A DNA stretch of 64,000 bases from Squalus acanthias (GCA_030390025.1 JASTWF010000034.1:2914001-2978000), one strand, 5' to 3'; shown: positions 48,705 through 61,420, counted from the first letter of the stretch. Notes: generated by a model not told the origin, from the letters alone. A program made the numbers and translations.

Positions 48705-49430
48705 CCCATCAAACACTCCCAGGGTTGGTACAGCACGGGTTAGATACAGAGTAAAGCTCCCTCCACACTATCATATCAAACACACCCATGGCAGGTACAG
48801 CATGGGATAGATACAGAGTAAATCTCCCTCTACACCGTCCCATCAAACACTCCCATTGCAGGTACAGCATGGGTTAGATACAGAGTAAAATTCTCTCTAC
48901 ACAGTCCCATCAAACACTCCCGGTGCAGGTACAGCACGGGTTAGATAAAGAGTAAACCTCCCTCTACACCGTCCCATCCAACACTCCCAGGGCCGGTACA
49001 GCACGGGTTAGATACAGAGTAAATCTCCCTCTACACCGTCCCATCAAACACTCCCAGGGCAGGTACAGCACGGGATAGATCCAGAGTAAATCTCCCTCTA
49101 CACCGTCCCATCAAACACTCCCAGGGCAGGTACAGCACGGGTTAGATACAGAGTAAAACTCTCTCTACACTGTCCCATCAAACACTCCCGGGGCAGGTAC
49201 AGCACGGGATAGATACAGAGTAAATCTTGCTCTAAACTGTTCCATCAAACACTCCCAGGGCATGTACAGCACGGGATAGATACAGAGTAAATCTCGCTCT
49301 ACACTGTTCCATCAAACACTGCCAGGACAGGTACAGCACGCGTTAGATACAGAGTAAAGCTCCCTCTACACTGTCCCATCAAACACTCGTAGGGCAAGTA
49401 CAGCACAGTTTAGATACAAATTAAAACTAT
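48705..49430. repeat. 67-bp satellite array, reverse orientation
   Basis: About 11 well-conserved units; degenerate patches at ~30300-31080, 51220-51980, 55070-55425 and 59750-59960. Confidence 0.93.
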
Positions 49431-49774
49431 TTCCACACAGTTCTTTATGTTGATCTATTCTGGGGGAAATGATTGTTGGGGCAGTGTAGAAGTATCTAAT
49501 TCATGCTGTGCCTGCCATAACAGAGGCAGAGTGACACTGAAAGAGAGAGACAGAGAGAGCAACGGTGCTGTACCTGGCCTGGGTGTGTTTGGTGAGACCG
49601 GGTTGAGAGAGCTTTAATCTGTATCTAACCCATGCTGCACTTGCCCAGCTTGTGTTTTACGGGTAGCATTGTTAGATCATTAATCTGTCTCTCACAATGC
49701 TGCACCGACCCAGTGAATGTTTGATGGGACAGTGTAGAGAAAGCTTTAATCTGTATCCAACCCGTGCTCTACCT

Positions 49775-51167
49775 AGAACGGTCCCAGCGGATTGGAAGGT
49801 CGCACATGTAACACTGCTATTCAAGAAAGACGGGAGAGAGTAAACAGGGAACTACAGGCCAGTTAGCTTGACATCTGTCATTATGAAAATACTGGAATCC
49901 ATTATTAAGGGAGTAGTAGCAGGACACTTAGAATATCATAATACAATCAAGCAGAGACGTCATGGTTTTATGAATGGGAAATCATGTTTAACAAATTTAT
50001 TAGAGTTCTTTGAGGATGTAACGAGCAAGGGTGTGCCAGTGGATGTGGTGTATTTGGAATTACAAAAGGCATTCGATAACGTGCCACATAAAAGGTTACT
50101 GCACAAGTTAAGAGCTCACGGGGTTGGGGGTAATATATTAGCATTGGTAGAGGATTGGCTAACTAACAGAAAACAGAGTGTCGGGATAAATGGGTCCTTT
50201 TCAGGTTGGCAAACTTGAACTAGTGTGGTGCCACAGGGATTAGTGCTGGGGCCTCAACTATTTACAATATATATTAATTACTTTGATGAAGGAAGCGAGT
50301 GTACTGTAGCCAATTTTGCTGACGATACAAAGATAGGTGGGAAAGCAAGTTGCTCGGCGGACACGAAAAGTCTGCAAAGGGATATAGATAGGTTAAGTGA
50401 GTGGGCAAAAAATTGGCAGATGTAGTATAATTTGGGAAAATGTGAGGTTATCCACTTTGGCAGGAAGATTAGAAAAGCAAAATATTATTTAAATGGAGAT
50501 AGACTGCAGAATGCTGCGGTACAGAAGGATCTGGGAATGTTGGGCTTTATTGCTCGTGAATGGAGTATAAAAGTAGAGAAGTCCTGTTACAACTGTACAG
50601 ATGGTTGGAGAGACCACACCTGGAGTACTGCGTACAGTTTTGCTCAACTTATTTAAGAAACAATATATTTGCATTTGAGGGGGTTCAGAGAACGTTCGCT
50701 CGGTTGATTCCTGAGATTATAGGGTTGTCTTATGAGGAAAGGTTGAGCAGGTTGGCGTTTAGAAGAATGAGAGGTGATGTTATTGAAATATATAAGATAC
50801 TGAGGGGGCTTGACAGGGTAGCTGCTGAGAGGATGTTTCCCCTTGTGGGGAAATCTAGAACGAGGGGTCATAGTTTCAGGTTAAGGGGTCGCCCATTTAA
50901 GACGGAGATGAGAAGAAACCTCTTCTCTCAGAGGGTCGTGAATCTTTAGAATTCTCTACCCCAGAGAGCTGAGGTGGTGGAGTCAGTGAATATATTCAAA
51001 GATTAAATAGACAGATATTTGAGATACAGAGGAGTCAAGGATTATGGGGAACAGGCAGGTAAGTGGAATTCAGGTCAAGATCAGATCAGCCATGGTCTCA
51101 TTGAATGGCAGAGCAGGCTCGAGTGGCCAAATGTCCTATTCCTGCTCCTACTTCTTATTTCTTATGT
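49775..51167 (+). mobile_element. Degenerate CR1 RT fragment with 3' tail
   Basis: ORFs 49868-50949 contain [19 protein letters not shown] and RPHLEYC. Confidence 0.92.
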
Positions 51168-51499
51168 AATTATACACACGCACACACACTGAAATCTACA
51201 CTCGCACACACTGAAAGATGTAGCTTTACTCTGTATCTAACCCGTGGTGTACCTGCCTGGGAGTGTTTGACGCGACTGGGTAGGCAGAGCATTCCTCTCT
51301 ATCTAACCTGTGCTGTACTTGCGCTGGGTGTGTTTGCTGGGTCTGGGTAGCAGGAACTTCCCAGGGAGTATTTGAACACGTGCTGCACCTGCTGTGGAAA
51401 AATTTGATGGGGCAGGTTAGAATTATCTAACCCATGCTGTACCTGTCATAACAGATGCAGAGAGACAGAAAAAGAGGGAGCGAGAGAAATAGGGGGGGG

Positions 51500-51540
<41 letters not shown>

Positions 51541-53269
51541 AGAGCGCAACTGTGCTGTACTGCCCTGTGAATGTTTGATGGGACAGTGTAAAGCGATCTT
51601 TACTTTGGAAATAACCCATGCAGTTCCCGACCTGTGAGTGTTTGATGGGACAGTCTGAAAGACAGCTTTAATCTGTATCTAAACCGTGCAGTTCCTGCCG
51701 TGTGAGTGTTTGATGGGACAGTCTGAAAGACAGCGTTAATCTGTATCTAAGCCGTGTTGTACATGCCCTGGGAGTGTTTGATGGTACAGCGTAGAGGGAG
51801 CATTAATCTGTATCTAACCTGTGCTGTACTTGCCCAGCTGGTGTTTTATGGGTAGCATTGTGAAAGCATTAACCTGTTTCTCACAATGCTGTACCGACCC
51901 AGTGAGTGATTGATGGGACAGTGTAGAGACAGCTTTAATCTGTATCTATCCTGTGCCATACATGCCAGCGAGTGTTTCATATGAAATTGAAGAATGAGCT
52001 GCTGAAATCCTCATCCAAACCTTTGGTAGTCCGAACTCGCACCAAATCCCTTTCACCGATCACCCCTGTGGTCGCTGACCGACATTAACTCCCGGCCTGG
52101 CAACGCTTCAATTTTAATGTACGCCTTGCCCCTCCCTATCGCTGTAACCTCCTCTGTCCACACAGCCCTTTGAGATCTCTGCGCTCCTCCAATTCTGGCC
52201 TCTTGCGCATCCCCGATTTTAATCGTCCCGTATATTTATCTTTAGTTCTCCATCTTTGTCTGTACCTCTCTCTCTCCATCTCTCCTTTAATCTCTTTCTG
52301 CACCTTAATCTCTCCATATATCTTTCTACTTTTTTATTGATCTCTGTCTTTATATTTCTCAGTATCTGCTTTCTCGTCCTCAGCTTCTCTCACTGGTTAT
52401 ATGGGAATTTGGGAGTGATGAAATAGGAGAATGAAAGATGTTTTATTTAAATTTGGAGGTACAGACGGTGAAGGTCCCTGGGCTACATTCTGAGACCAGT
52501 GCAGCACACACGCAGGTTGTACAAAAACTCGTGTCCTGTATCTCTAATGCGTTTAATTATATCTCTGTATCTCTACAGTTTTCTTTAAATCTCTGTACCT
52601 CTCTCTCTATGTGCTTCTCTGTATATCGATCTCGTTTTATATTTCTGTATCTCTCTGTACCTTTCCTTTATTACGTAATAATTTTGTATTTCTTGAAATG
52701 TCTACACCTCTATCTTTGTAACTCTCAGAATGTCTGTTCTCAATTTCTCACAGGATCTCTCTCAGGTCTATTATTTGAGAGAGACATTTTAAAGTTAAAC
52801 TGAAACTGCTCCAAAGACACAAGCGATACAGAACTAGAATGTGTGCCAACACCTGCTGCCTCATCTGGTCTGGGAACCTTGGGATTTGAATATTCCACCA
52901 TCTCCTGCGCTTGAAGTCATTCGCGTTGGCCAGACATGGTTTAACCATTTCATTGTTTTGGGGTGATTATCATGAACACTTTTACCTGTTTCTGATCTAC
53001 ACAGGATGCAACAGATCAGAAAAAGCATGTCCCTGGCCAGAATGCTGCCCTGGGCAAAATCTACACCTCCATTCAACAATGCCATTTCCTGCCTCTGCAG
53101 AGATATCATACGGTTCCACAATGCAGGAATGTCGGGAGCAGCCCTTGATCCCATATCCTAGATCAACTTTAAAAACTCAAATCTTTCAGGTAAAGAAACT
53201 GGATTTACCAGCCAGATTGCGCTCCACAAATTGAATCGTTTAAGACTCTCTCTCTCTCTCTCTCTCTCT

Positions 53270-53895
53270 GAGATAGAGAATTCCAAAGATTCACCACCCT
53301 CTGAGTGAAGATATTTCTCTTCATCTCAGTCCTAAATGGTCGACCCCTTATTCTGAGACTGTGACCCCTTGTTCTCGACACCCCAGCCAGGGGAAAGATC
53401 TTCCCTGCATCTACCCTGTCAAGTCCTGTCAGAATTTTTTATGTATCAATGAGATTACCTCTCATTCTTCTAAACCCTAGAGAATATAAGCCTAGTCTAC
53501 TCTATCTCTCCTCAGGGGCAATCTCCCCATCCCAGGAACCAGTCTGGTGAACCTTTGTTGCACTCCCCCTACGGCAAGTATATGCTTCCTTCGGTAAAGA
53601 GACCAAAACTGTACACAATACTCCAGGTGTGGTCTCATCAGGGCCCTATATAATTGCAGTAAGACTTCTTTACCCTTATACGTAAATGCTCTTGTAATAA
53701 AGGCCAACATACAATTTGCTTTCCTAATTGCTTGCTGTACCTGCACGTAAACTTTCAGTGTTTCTTGTACAAGGAAACCCAGATTCCTCTGAATACCAAC
53801 ATTTCCCAATCTCTCACCATTTTAAAAATACTCTGCTTTTCCTGCCAAAGTGGATAACTTCATATTTCTCAGCATTATATTCCATCCACATATTA
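53270..53895 (-). mobile_element. CR1 3' fragment, paralogous to 27950-28960
   Basis: ORF 53492-53809; same junction (ttccatccacatattaYgtccac) to the AT-rich block as at ~28950. Confidence 0.88.
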
Positions 53896-56569
53896 TGTCC
53901 ACTTAAGTTATTAGATTAATCGCAATGCAACCAGACAATCAACAAATATAAAGTGTTGTAGTTCTTTAATTGGCAGTATTAAAAAGCACTGAACAAAACG
54001 GGTATCCGTATTTTCCAACTTCAATCACTTCCATTAATAAACGTGGTCTTCTTGAACCAGCACAACCACCATATAACCGGTCAGAAATGCAGCACTTATT
54101 CACAATTGCAGAAAAATACATACACAATTTGCGTCACAGAATTATAAACAAAAAGCAGGAAAAGCTGTGATTTAACAGAAATAAACATTTGTATTTTTTT
54201 CTGGACAGGAGAACCAGTCAGACTGACTTGGAAATGTTTACTCTTATGTTGATGTAAAGATTTATAATTTACCAATTTCGCTTGTAATGTTTTTCTCTCA
54301 ATCATTCTCCACAATATTATTCATGCTCTTATCATGAAAAGTGTTGAATTATTTTAGGTACTTCCCAATTAAAAGCGGGAAACAAACTTCATTGTTCTCT
54401 CAATTCTGTATCTCCTATTTCAAACATTCAAACCAAATCGAATTGTACGTTATCAGTTTAATCAAAGTACTTTATGTGTCTTTCTCAATAAACAAAGAGT
54501 GGTTTCTTCTAAAGTAGCATCCTGTAATTTTTATACTTCATTACATAACACTTGTTTCTGTTAACACTCCACTAAATGTTTAAGATGCAATCTATATTTC
54601 CATTATTCCTGCGACTTGTTAGGACAAAAGAGCGACAGACAAAATAAAATGTTTGTGTTTTTCCCCTTTTTTGGTTCTCTTCCTAAATGTCTTAATTGTA
54701 TATTTTTAAAATGTCATTTAAAAATAATATGTAACTCCTACAAACCCTCCCCTGCCCTCCCCCTCCTCAACAGCATGGTTGCATGTTTGTGTAAAGCTTC
54801 ACACTTCACTTGAACACTCAAAATCAAATATTGAGAAATTTCAATTATAAAACATTTTAAGCTGTTCAGAGCCTCTTTAAAAACGTTTGGACTTCAAGAC
54901 CTGGTTGAAATTTGTTTAGGTGAGGGGAAATTGACTTCTGCTTCAGTTTCTTCCAAAAACATTTCAGAAACTTAGGGGGAAAAAATATTTTTAGCACTCA
55001 TTTATTGTGAAAATGTCACTAAAAATCTCAAGTCTCATTGCAGCTTTGACAGAAGAAGTTGCTCCAAGAGTAAAGCTCCCTGTACGCAGTCCCGTTAGAC
55101 ACTCCCAGGACAGGTACAGCACGGGTTAGATACAGATTAAAGCTATCTCTACACTGTCCCATAAACACTCCCAGGGCAGGTACAGCTTGGGTTAGATACA
55201 GATTAAAGTTCCCTTTTGCACTGTTCCATCAATCCCTGACAGGACAGGTACAGCACGGCACATATACAGAGTAAATTTCCCTCTACACTGCCCGAGTAAA
55301 AGCTCCCACGGTAGCTACAGCACCGCTTAGATCAAAATAGGGATCCCTCAACACCGCCTAATCAAACATTCACAGGGCAGACACATCACGGTTTAGATAG
55401 AGATTAAAGCTGTTTCCACACAGTCCTTTATGTTGAGCTATTCCGTTTTGGATTTTTTATTAAAACTACCTCTAACGCCGGGCCTCGGCGTGTGTGTGGG
55501 TGAGCCGACCCCTGGGGGCACTGCTCTTGATCTAGGGCTCCTGGGCCTCCATTTTCCCCCCACACCCCCGAGGCCCTGCCTACTGGAAGACTTTATCTCT
55601 GCTTGTGTCTCTGGCCCAAAGCCCAGCGTTGGCGGTGAGATTTAAAACCCGATGTTTGCGTGGAGGGCTTTTTGGGTGTGGAGGGGAAGCATGGCCAGGG
55701 GAAGAAGGCCACGTCTTTTCACCCCAACCCCAAACCCGGCAACAGGCCAGTTATTGTGATCAGCATCAAAATAAACAGCTTTAATTTGATGCCTTTTTTT
55801 GCCTCTTTCTCTCCAACCACCAAAAATATAGCCAATATTTCAAAACTTGATCTCTGTGACCAGGAAATATTTCAATGCTCACTCACCACGTGCTCTGCAA
55901 TGCACATGGTTAATTTAATATTTATTTTTAAGACGGCTGTTGCCTTATTTTTTTAAAAGAATTAATGCAGATTTAAACCTATGACCCAATTACACCGAAC
56001 GTGTGATAATACTGGATCAATCCGCCACTTAAACGTGCGTGGATGATAATGGGTTCCATTTTAGGGCTTTGCTAATGTCTCTTAACACATCTTCATATTC
56101 AGAAAACCTTAAATATATATTGCCCACGTCCTCCAAAAAAAAATCCCTCGAATTTAAATTTAAAATTAAAATATGCCTGTTTGTGAATTTCCAGCGAATG
56201 CCTGTTACAAAATGGCCTCTCATTCTGGTCTAGTGTATTTATGCTCGGTGCTGCAGGAATGAGTCATTGGTGTGACCTCCAGAACTAATCGACGCTCTCA
56301 AGAGCCGACCTGTGAATGAGATTGGTACTTGCATAGAATCATAGAAATCTGTTGTATTCCAGATTAATTTTATTTAGTAAGAAATAATTCAAATTGACAA
56401 CAGCCCAGGGAGGGATTTGAACTCGTGTTTTCTGTATTGTTTGCCCAGGCCTCCAGAATGACATCACCCCGAAACTATCAGCCTGGAGAATGGTTAATCT
56501 GTGAACAAACCTTCCTTCGGCCCTTGTCTGGGGTCTCAGGTTTGTGTATTGCCCCCATCTCTAGTTCCT

Positions 56570-59150
56570 TCATACATAGATACATAGAAGATAGGAGCAG
56601 GAGTAGGCCATCCGGCCCTTCGAGCCTGCTCCGCCATTTAATGAGATCATGGCTGATCCTCCAATTCAGTATCCCGTCCCCGCCTTCTCTCCGTAACCCT
56701 TAACCCCTTTTGCCTGTAGAAATATATCTAATTCCCTCTTAAATATATTTAATGAGCTGGCGTACACTGCCCTCTGTGGCAATGAGTTCCACAGGTTCAC
56801 CACCCTCTGAGTGAAGAAATTCCCCCTCATTTCTGTCCTAAATGGTTTAGCCCTTATCCTTAAATTATGTCCTCTAGTTCTGTTCTCACCCGCCAAGGGA
56901 AACATTCCTTCTGCATCTAGTCTGTCTAGACCTGTCAGAATTTTATACACTTCTATGAGGTCCCCTCTCAATCTTCTAAACTCCAGTGTGTACATCCCTA
57001 AACTACATAGTCTCTCCTCATAGGTCAATCCCGCCATTCCTGGTATCAGCCTGGTGAATCGCCGCTGCACCCCCTCCATGGCAAGAACATCTTTCCTCAG
57101 ATGAGGCGACCAAAACTGTACACAGTACTCGAGGTGTGGTCTCACCAGTGCCCTGTACAGCTGCAGCAAGGTATCCCTGTTCCTGTATTCCAACCCTTTT
57201 GCTATGAAGGCCAGCATACCGTTTGCCTTCTTGATCGCCTGTTGCACCTGCATGCTCGCCTTCAGTGACTGGTGTACAAGAACACCCAGGTCTCTCTGTA
57301 CTTCCCCCTCTCCCAATTTATTGCCATTTAAATAATAATTTGCCCTCCCGTTCCTGCACCCCAGGTGGATAACTTCGCACTTGTCCACATTATAGTGCAT
57401 CTGCCATTTATCCGCCCAATCACCCAGTCTGTCCAAATCGCTCTGGAGCTTCCTGGTCTCCTCCTCTGAGCCCACCCCCCCCCCCCCTCCTAGTTTAGTG
57501 TCGTCTGCAAATTTGGAAATGCTGCATCCGACTCCCTGATCCAGGTCATTAATGTAAATTGTGAACAGCTGGGGACCCAGGACAGATCCCTGTGGTACCC
57601 CACTTGTTACTGCCTGCCATTCAGAAAATGAGCCGTTTATTCCAACTCTCTGTTTTCTATCTGACAGCCAGTTCTCTATCCACGTCAATACTTTCCCCTT
57701 TATCCCATGAGCTTCAATTTTCCCTGCTAATCTTTTATGTGGGACCTTATCGAAGGCCTTTTGGAAGTCCAGGTACACCACATCTACTGGCTCTCCCCCA
57801 TCTATTTTACCAGTTACTCCCTCAAAAAATTCCAATAGATTAGTCAAGCACGATTTACCCTTTGTAAATCCATGTTGACTCTGTCCTATCCTGTCCCCAT
57901 TTGCTAAGTGCTCCGCTATTTCATCCTTAATGATGGACTCCAGCATTTTGCCCACAACTGATGTAAGGCTTACAGGTCTGTAATTACCTGCTTTTTCCCT
58001 ACCCCCCTTTTTGAATAGTGGGGTAACGTTAGCTACCCTCCAATCCATGGGCACTGTTCCCGAGTCTAATGAATTCTGAAAAATCATACTTAGTGCATCC
58101 GCTATCTCCAGGGCCACCTCCTTCAGCACCCTAGGATGCATGTTATCAGGCCCTGGGGATTTGTCCGCCTTCAATCCCTTTAGCTTCCTTAACACCATAT
58201 CCTTAGAGATATTGACTTGCGTCAGTTCCTCCTTTGCAAATGTCCCTATTTTTCCCGATATCCCAGGGAGGTTTTTTGTGTCTTCCTTCGTAAAGACTGA
58301 CCCAAAGTATGCATTTAGTTGGTCTGCCATTTCTTTATTTCCCGTTATATATTCCCCCGTATCTGACTGCAATGGGCCAACTTTGGTTTTCACCAGTCTT
58401 TTCCTCTTGATATACTTATAAAAGCTTTTGGAGTTAGTTTTTATATTTTCCGCCAGCTTGCTTTCGTAAGCTATTTTGCCCCGCTTGATTAAGCCCTTTG
58501 TCCTCCTTTGCTCTATCTTAAACTGTTCCCAATCTTCCGCTCTGGCGCTTTTTTTGGCTATTTTATACGCCCTCTCTTTGGATTTTATGCTGTCTCTAAT
58601 TTCCCCTGTTATCCACGGTTGAGTCACCTTTTTAGATTTCCTTTTATGCCAGATTGGTATAAACAATTTTTGCAATTTTGTCATTCTATCTTTAAATGCT
58701 TGCCATTGTTTATCTACCTCCAGTCCTCCCAGGAACGTTGTCCGATCAGACCTACTCAGTTCCCGTCTAATGGCATCATAATTCCCCTTGTTTAAATTCA
58801 GGACCTTAGTATCTGAGTCAATTTCTTCGCTCTCCATTTCGAGTGAGAAATCGATCATGTTATGATCGCTCTGACCCAAGGGTCCCCGTACAACAAGATT
58901 ACTAATTAGTCCCTTCTCATTGCACAGTACCCAGTCCAATATAGCCTGTTCCCGAGTTGGTTCCTCGACATATTGATCCAGATAACCATCCCTTAAACAC
59001 TCAAGGAATTCCTCCTCCTCATTATTTTTACTGATTAGGCTATTCCAATCTATATGTAAGTTAAAGTCACCTATGATGACAGCTGTGCTCTTATTGCACG
59101 CTTCTCTAATTTCCCTCGTGATGCCCTCCCCAACCTCTATTTTACTATTT
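56570..59150 (-). mobile_element. Young 5'-truncated CR1 LINE
   Basis: Tail ctatgtatctatgtatg at ~56571-56587; 5' end falls inside the endonuclease domain. Confidence 0.95.
56666..59149 (-). CDS. CR1 ORF2p (partial endonuclease + complete RT), uninterrupted frame
   Basis: The 757-aa ORF 56666-58939 extends upstream in frame through IIGDFN...YVEEPTR to ~59149. Confidence 0.88.
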   Translation of the reverse strand, partial: NSKIEVGEGITREIREACNKSTAVIIGDFNLHIDWNSLISKNNEEEEFLECLRDGYLDQYVEEPTREQAILDWVLCNEKGLISNLVVRGPLGQSDHNMIDFSLEMESEEIDSDTKVLNLNKGNYDAIRRELSRSDRTTFLGGLEVDKQWQAFKDRMTKLQKLFIPIWHKRKSKKVTQPWITGEIRDSIKSKERAYKIAKKSARAEDWEQFKIEQRRTKGLIKRGKIAYESKLAENIKTNSKSFYKYIKRKRLVKTKVGPLQSDTGEYITGNKEMADQLNAYFGSVFTKEDTKNLPGISGKIGTFAKEELTQVNISKDMVLRKLKGLKADKSPGPDNMHPRVLKEVALEIADALSMIFQNSLDSGTVPMDWRVANVTPLFKKGGREKAGNYRPVSLTSVVGKMLESIIKDEIAEHLANGDRIGQSQHGFTKGKSCLTNLLEFFEGVTGKIDGGEPVDVVYLDFQKAFDKVPHKRLAGKIEAHGIKGKVLTWIENWLSDRKQRVGINGSFSEWQAVTSGVPQGSVLGPQLFTIYINDLDQGVGCSISKFADDTKLGGGGGVGSEEETRKLQSDLDRLGDWADKWQMHYNVDKCEVIHLGCRNGRANYYLNGNKLGEGEVQRDLGVLVHQSLKASMQVQQAIKKANGMLAFIAKGLEYRNRDTLLQLYRALVRPHLEYCVQFWSPHLRKDVLAMEGVQRRFTRLIPGMAGLTYEERLCSLGMYTLEFRRLRGDLIEVYKILTGLDRLDAEGMFPLAGENRTRGHNLRIRAKPFRTEMRGNFFTQRVVNLWNSLPQRAVYASSLNIFKRELDIFLQAKGVKGYGEKAGTGY

Positions 59151-59964
59151 GTTTCATGTGTTTGAAGAGTTTGAAGTTAGTCAGACACGATCTGATTCTC
59201 AGCTTATTCAACCAAACAAAAATCCCCATCTCCTTTCAACAATCCCATTTCCTGCATCTGCAAAGATCTCGCAACCGTTCCACAATGCAGGAATATCTGA
59301 AACAGTCTCTGTACCCACATCGTATTCAATGTTAAGCACTCAAATCTTTCAGATAGAGAAACTAGATATAGCCAAAAAATTCGGCGCCCTATATTTAAGA
59401 TATAAAAAATGTCACAAAAAAGTGATTTATTGTTGTTATTTTAAACAGTCAGGCTGAAATACTTCAGGGTACTTTTCAATCAAGAAAAAAATATAGTGGG
59501 AACAGAGAGAGAGGGAGAGAGTAAAAAAGAAAGGTGGACAGGGAGAAGGAGAGAAGTAGGGATAGAGATAGCGTGTTGGCAGAAGAGAAGACGAGGGAGA
59601 GAGAGATGAGGACATGGACGGTAGCAGAGAGAGGAAACAGCGAAAGAGAGGGACAGATGGATAGACATTGAGAAAGAGAAAGACAGAGGGAGCGAGATGG
59701 ACAGAGAGAGGGAACGAGATGGAGAGAGAGAGAGAGGGAGTCAGACACTCAAACACTCCCAGGGCAGGTACAGCACGTGTTGGATAAAGATTAAAGCTCC
59801 CTCTACACTGTCGCATCAAACAGTCCCAGGGCAGGTACAGCACGCATTAGATACAGAGTAAATCTCCCTCTACACTGTCACATCAAACACTCCCAGGGCA
59901 GATCCAGCACAGGTTAGATACAGAGTAAAACTCCCTCTGCACTGTTCCAGCAAACTGCTCCCTG

Positions 59965-61420
59965 TACTACGATGCAGTAGTCAGTTTGCTCATCCCCCCC
60001 TGCCGTCCCTGGCCTCGTTCACACAGGGAGCAAGAATCTCGCACCTGTTGGACAAGGCCAAGGGCTGAGGCTCCTCTACCACTTCCTCTTGGAAACCAAT
60101 ACCTACCTCGCTTGTAGTCACACCTTCCTGTCCCTGACCATGGGCCAAATTGGAAGTAATTATTCTAATGGGTGTGAATGCCTCCTGGAACATAGTGTCC
60201 AGGTAATGCTCCCCCTCCCCAATGTGTCGCAATGTCTGAAGCTCGGACTCCAGCTCATCAACTCTGAGCCGAAATTCATCGAGCAGCCAACATTTGCTGC
60301 AGATGTGGTCGCCCTGGACCTCAATGGTGTCCAAGAGCTCCGACATGCAACAACAACAACACATTGCCTGGTCTCCCATCTCAAATAATTAATTAGTTTT
60401 AAAATTTGGGTGGCTTTTTATCTTTTAATCTACAACAAGGCACTTAAATTTAGACGCTCAAGTTATAAAAAAGCGAGAATTAGAGAAATACTCACCAACC
60501 AATCACTTACCTGTTCTCTGGTGACGTCACACTTCGATTACTTTTTTACTTCTTCACACTCACAGGTCCGTTGTATCTCAGCGTCTCCCGGGTTTTCAAC
60601 TCTCCCTCTGTTCCCGGGTTTTGAACTCTCCCGTGTTTTGGCGCTCTCGCTCTGTTCCCGGGTTTTGAACTCTCCCGGGTTTTGGCGCTCTCGCTCTGTT
60701 CCCGGGTTTTGAACTCTCCCGGGTTTTGGCGCTCTCGCTCTGTTCCTGTGTTTTGAACTCTCCCGGTTTTGGCGCTCTCGCTCTGTTCCCGGGTTTTGAA
60801 CACTCCCGGGTTTTGAACTCTCCCGGGTTTTGGCGCTCTCGCTCTGCTCCCGCTGCTTTTGAACTCTCCCGGGTTTTGGCGCTCTCGCTCTGCTCCCGCT
60901 GCTTTTGAACTCTCCCGGGTTTTGGCGCTCTCGCTCTGCTCCCGCTGCTTTTGAACTCTCCCGGGTTTTGGCGCTCTCGCTCTGTTCCCGGGGATTGAAC
61001 TCTCCCGGGTTTTGTCGCACTCGCTCTGTTCCCGGGGTTTGAACTCTCCCGGGTTTTGGCGCTCTCGCTCTGTTCCCGGGGTTTAAACTCTCCCGTGTTT
61101 TGGCGCTCTCGCTCTGTTCCCGGAGTTTGAACTTTCCCGGGTTTTGCCGCTCTCCCTCTCTTCCCGCTGCTTTTGAACTCTCCCGGGTTTTAACGCTCTC
61201 GCTGTGTTACCGCTGCTTTTGAACTCTCCCGCTGCTTTTGAACTCTCCCGGGTTTTGGTGCTCTCGCTCTGTTCCCGGGGTTTGAACTCTCCCGGGTTTT
61301 GGCGCTCTCGCTCTGCTCCCGCTGCTTTTGAACTCTCCCGGGATTTGGCGCTCTCGCTCTGGTCCCGCTGCTTTTGAACTCTCCCGGGTTTTGGCGCTCT
61401 CGCTCTGCTCCCGCTGCTTT
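59965..61420 (-). mobile_element. CR1 5' end: tandem-repeat 5' UTR plus ORF1 N-terminus
   Basis: ORF 59990-60379 has a Cys cluster, CSKC, coiled coil (RVDELESELQTLR) and LSNR, like ORF1 at 1635. The 5' UTR carries GTGACGTCAC and a caggtaagt donor. Confidence 0.82.
60585..61420. repeat. 44-47-bp CpG-rich tandem repeat (~19 copies)
   Basis: Unit ttttgaactctcccgggttttggcgctctcgctctgttcccggg. Confidence 0.95.

Noticed and set aside
56570..61420. One full-length CR1 joining ORF1 (59990-60379) to ORF2 (56666-59149)
   Set aside because: The esterase domain and endonuclease N-terminus are missing and ~800 bp of unrelated DNA intervenes; treated as two elements.
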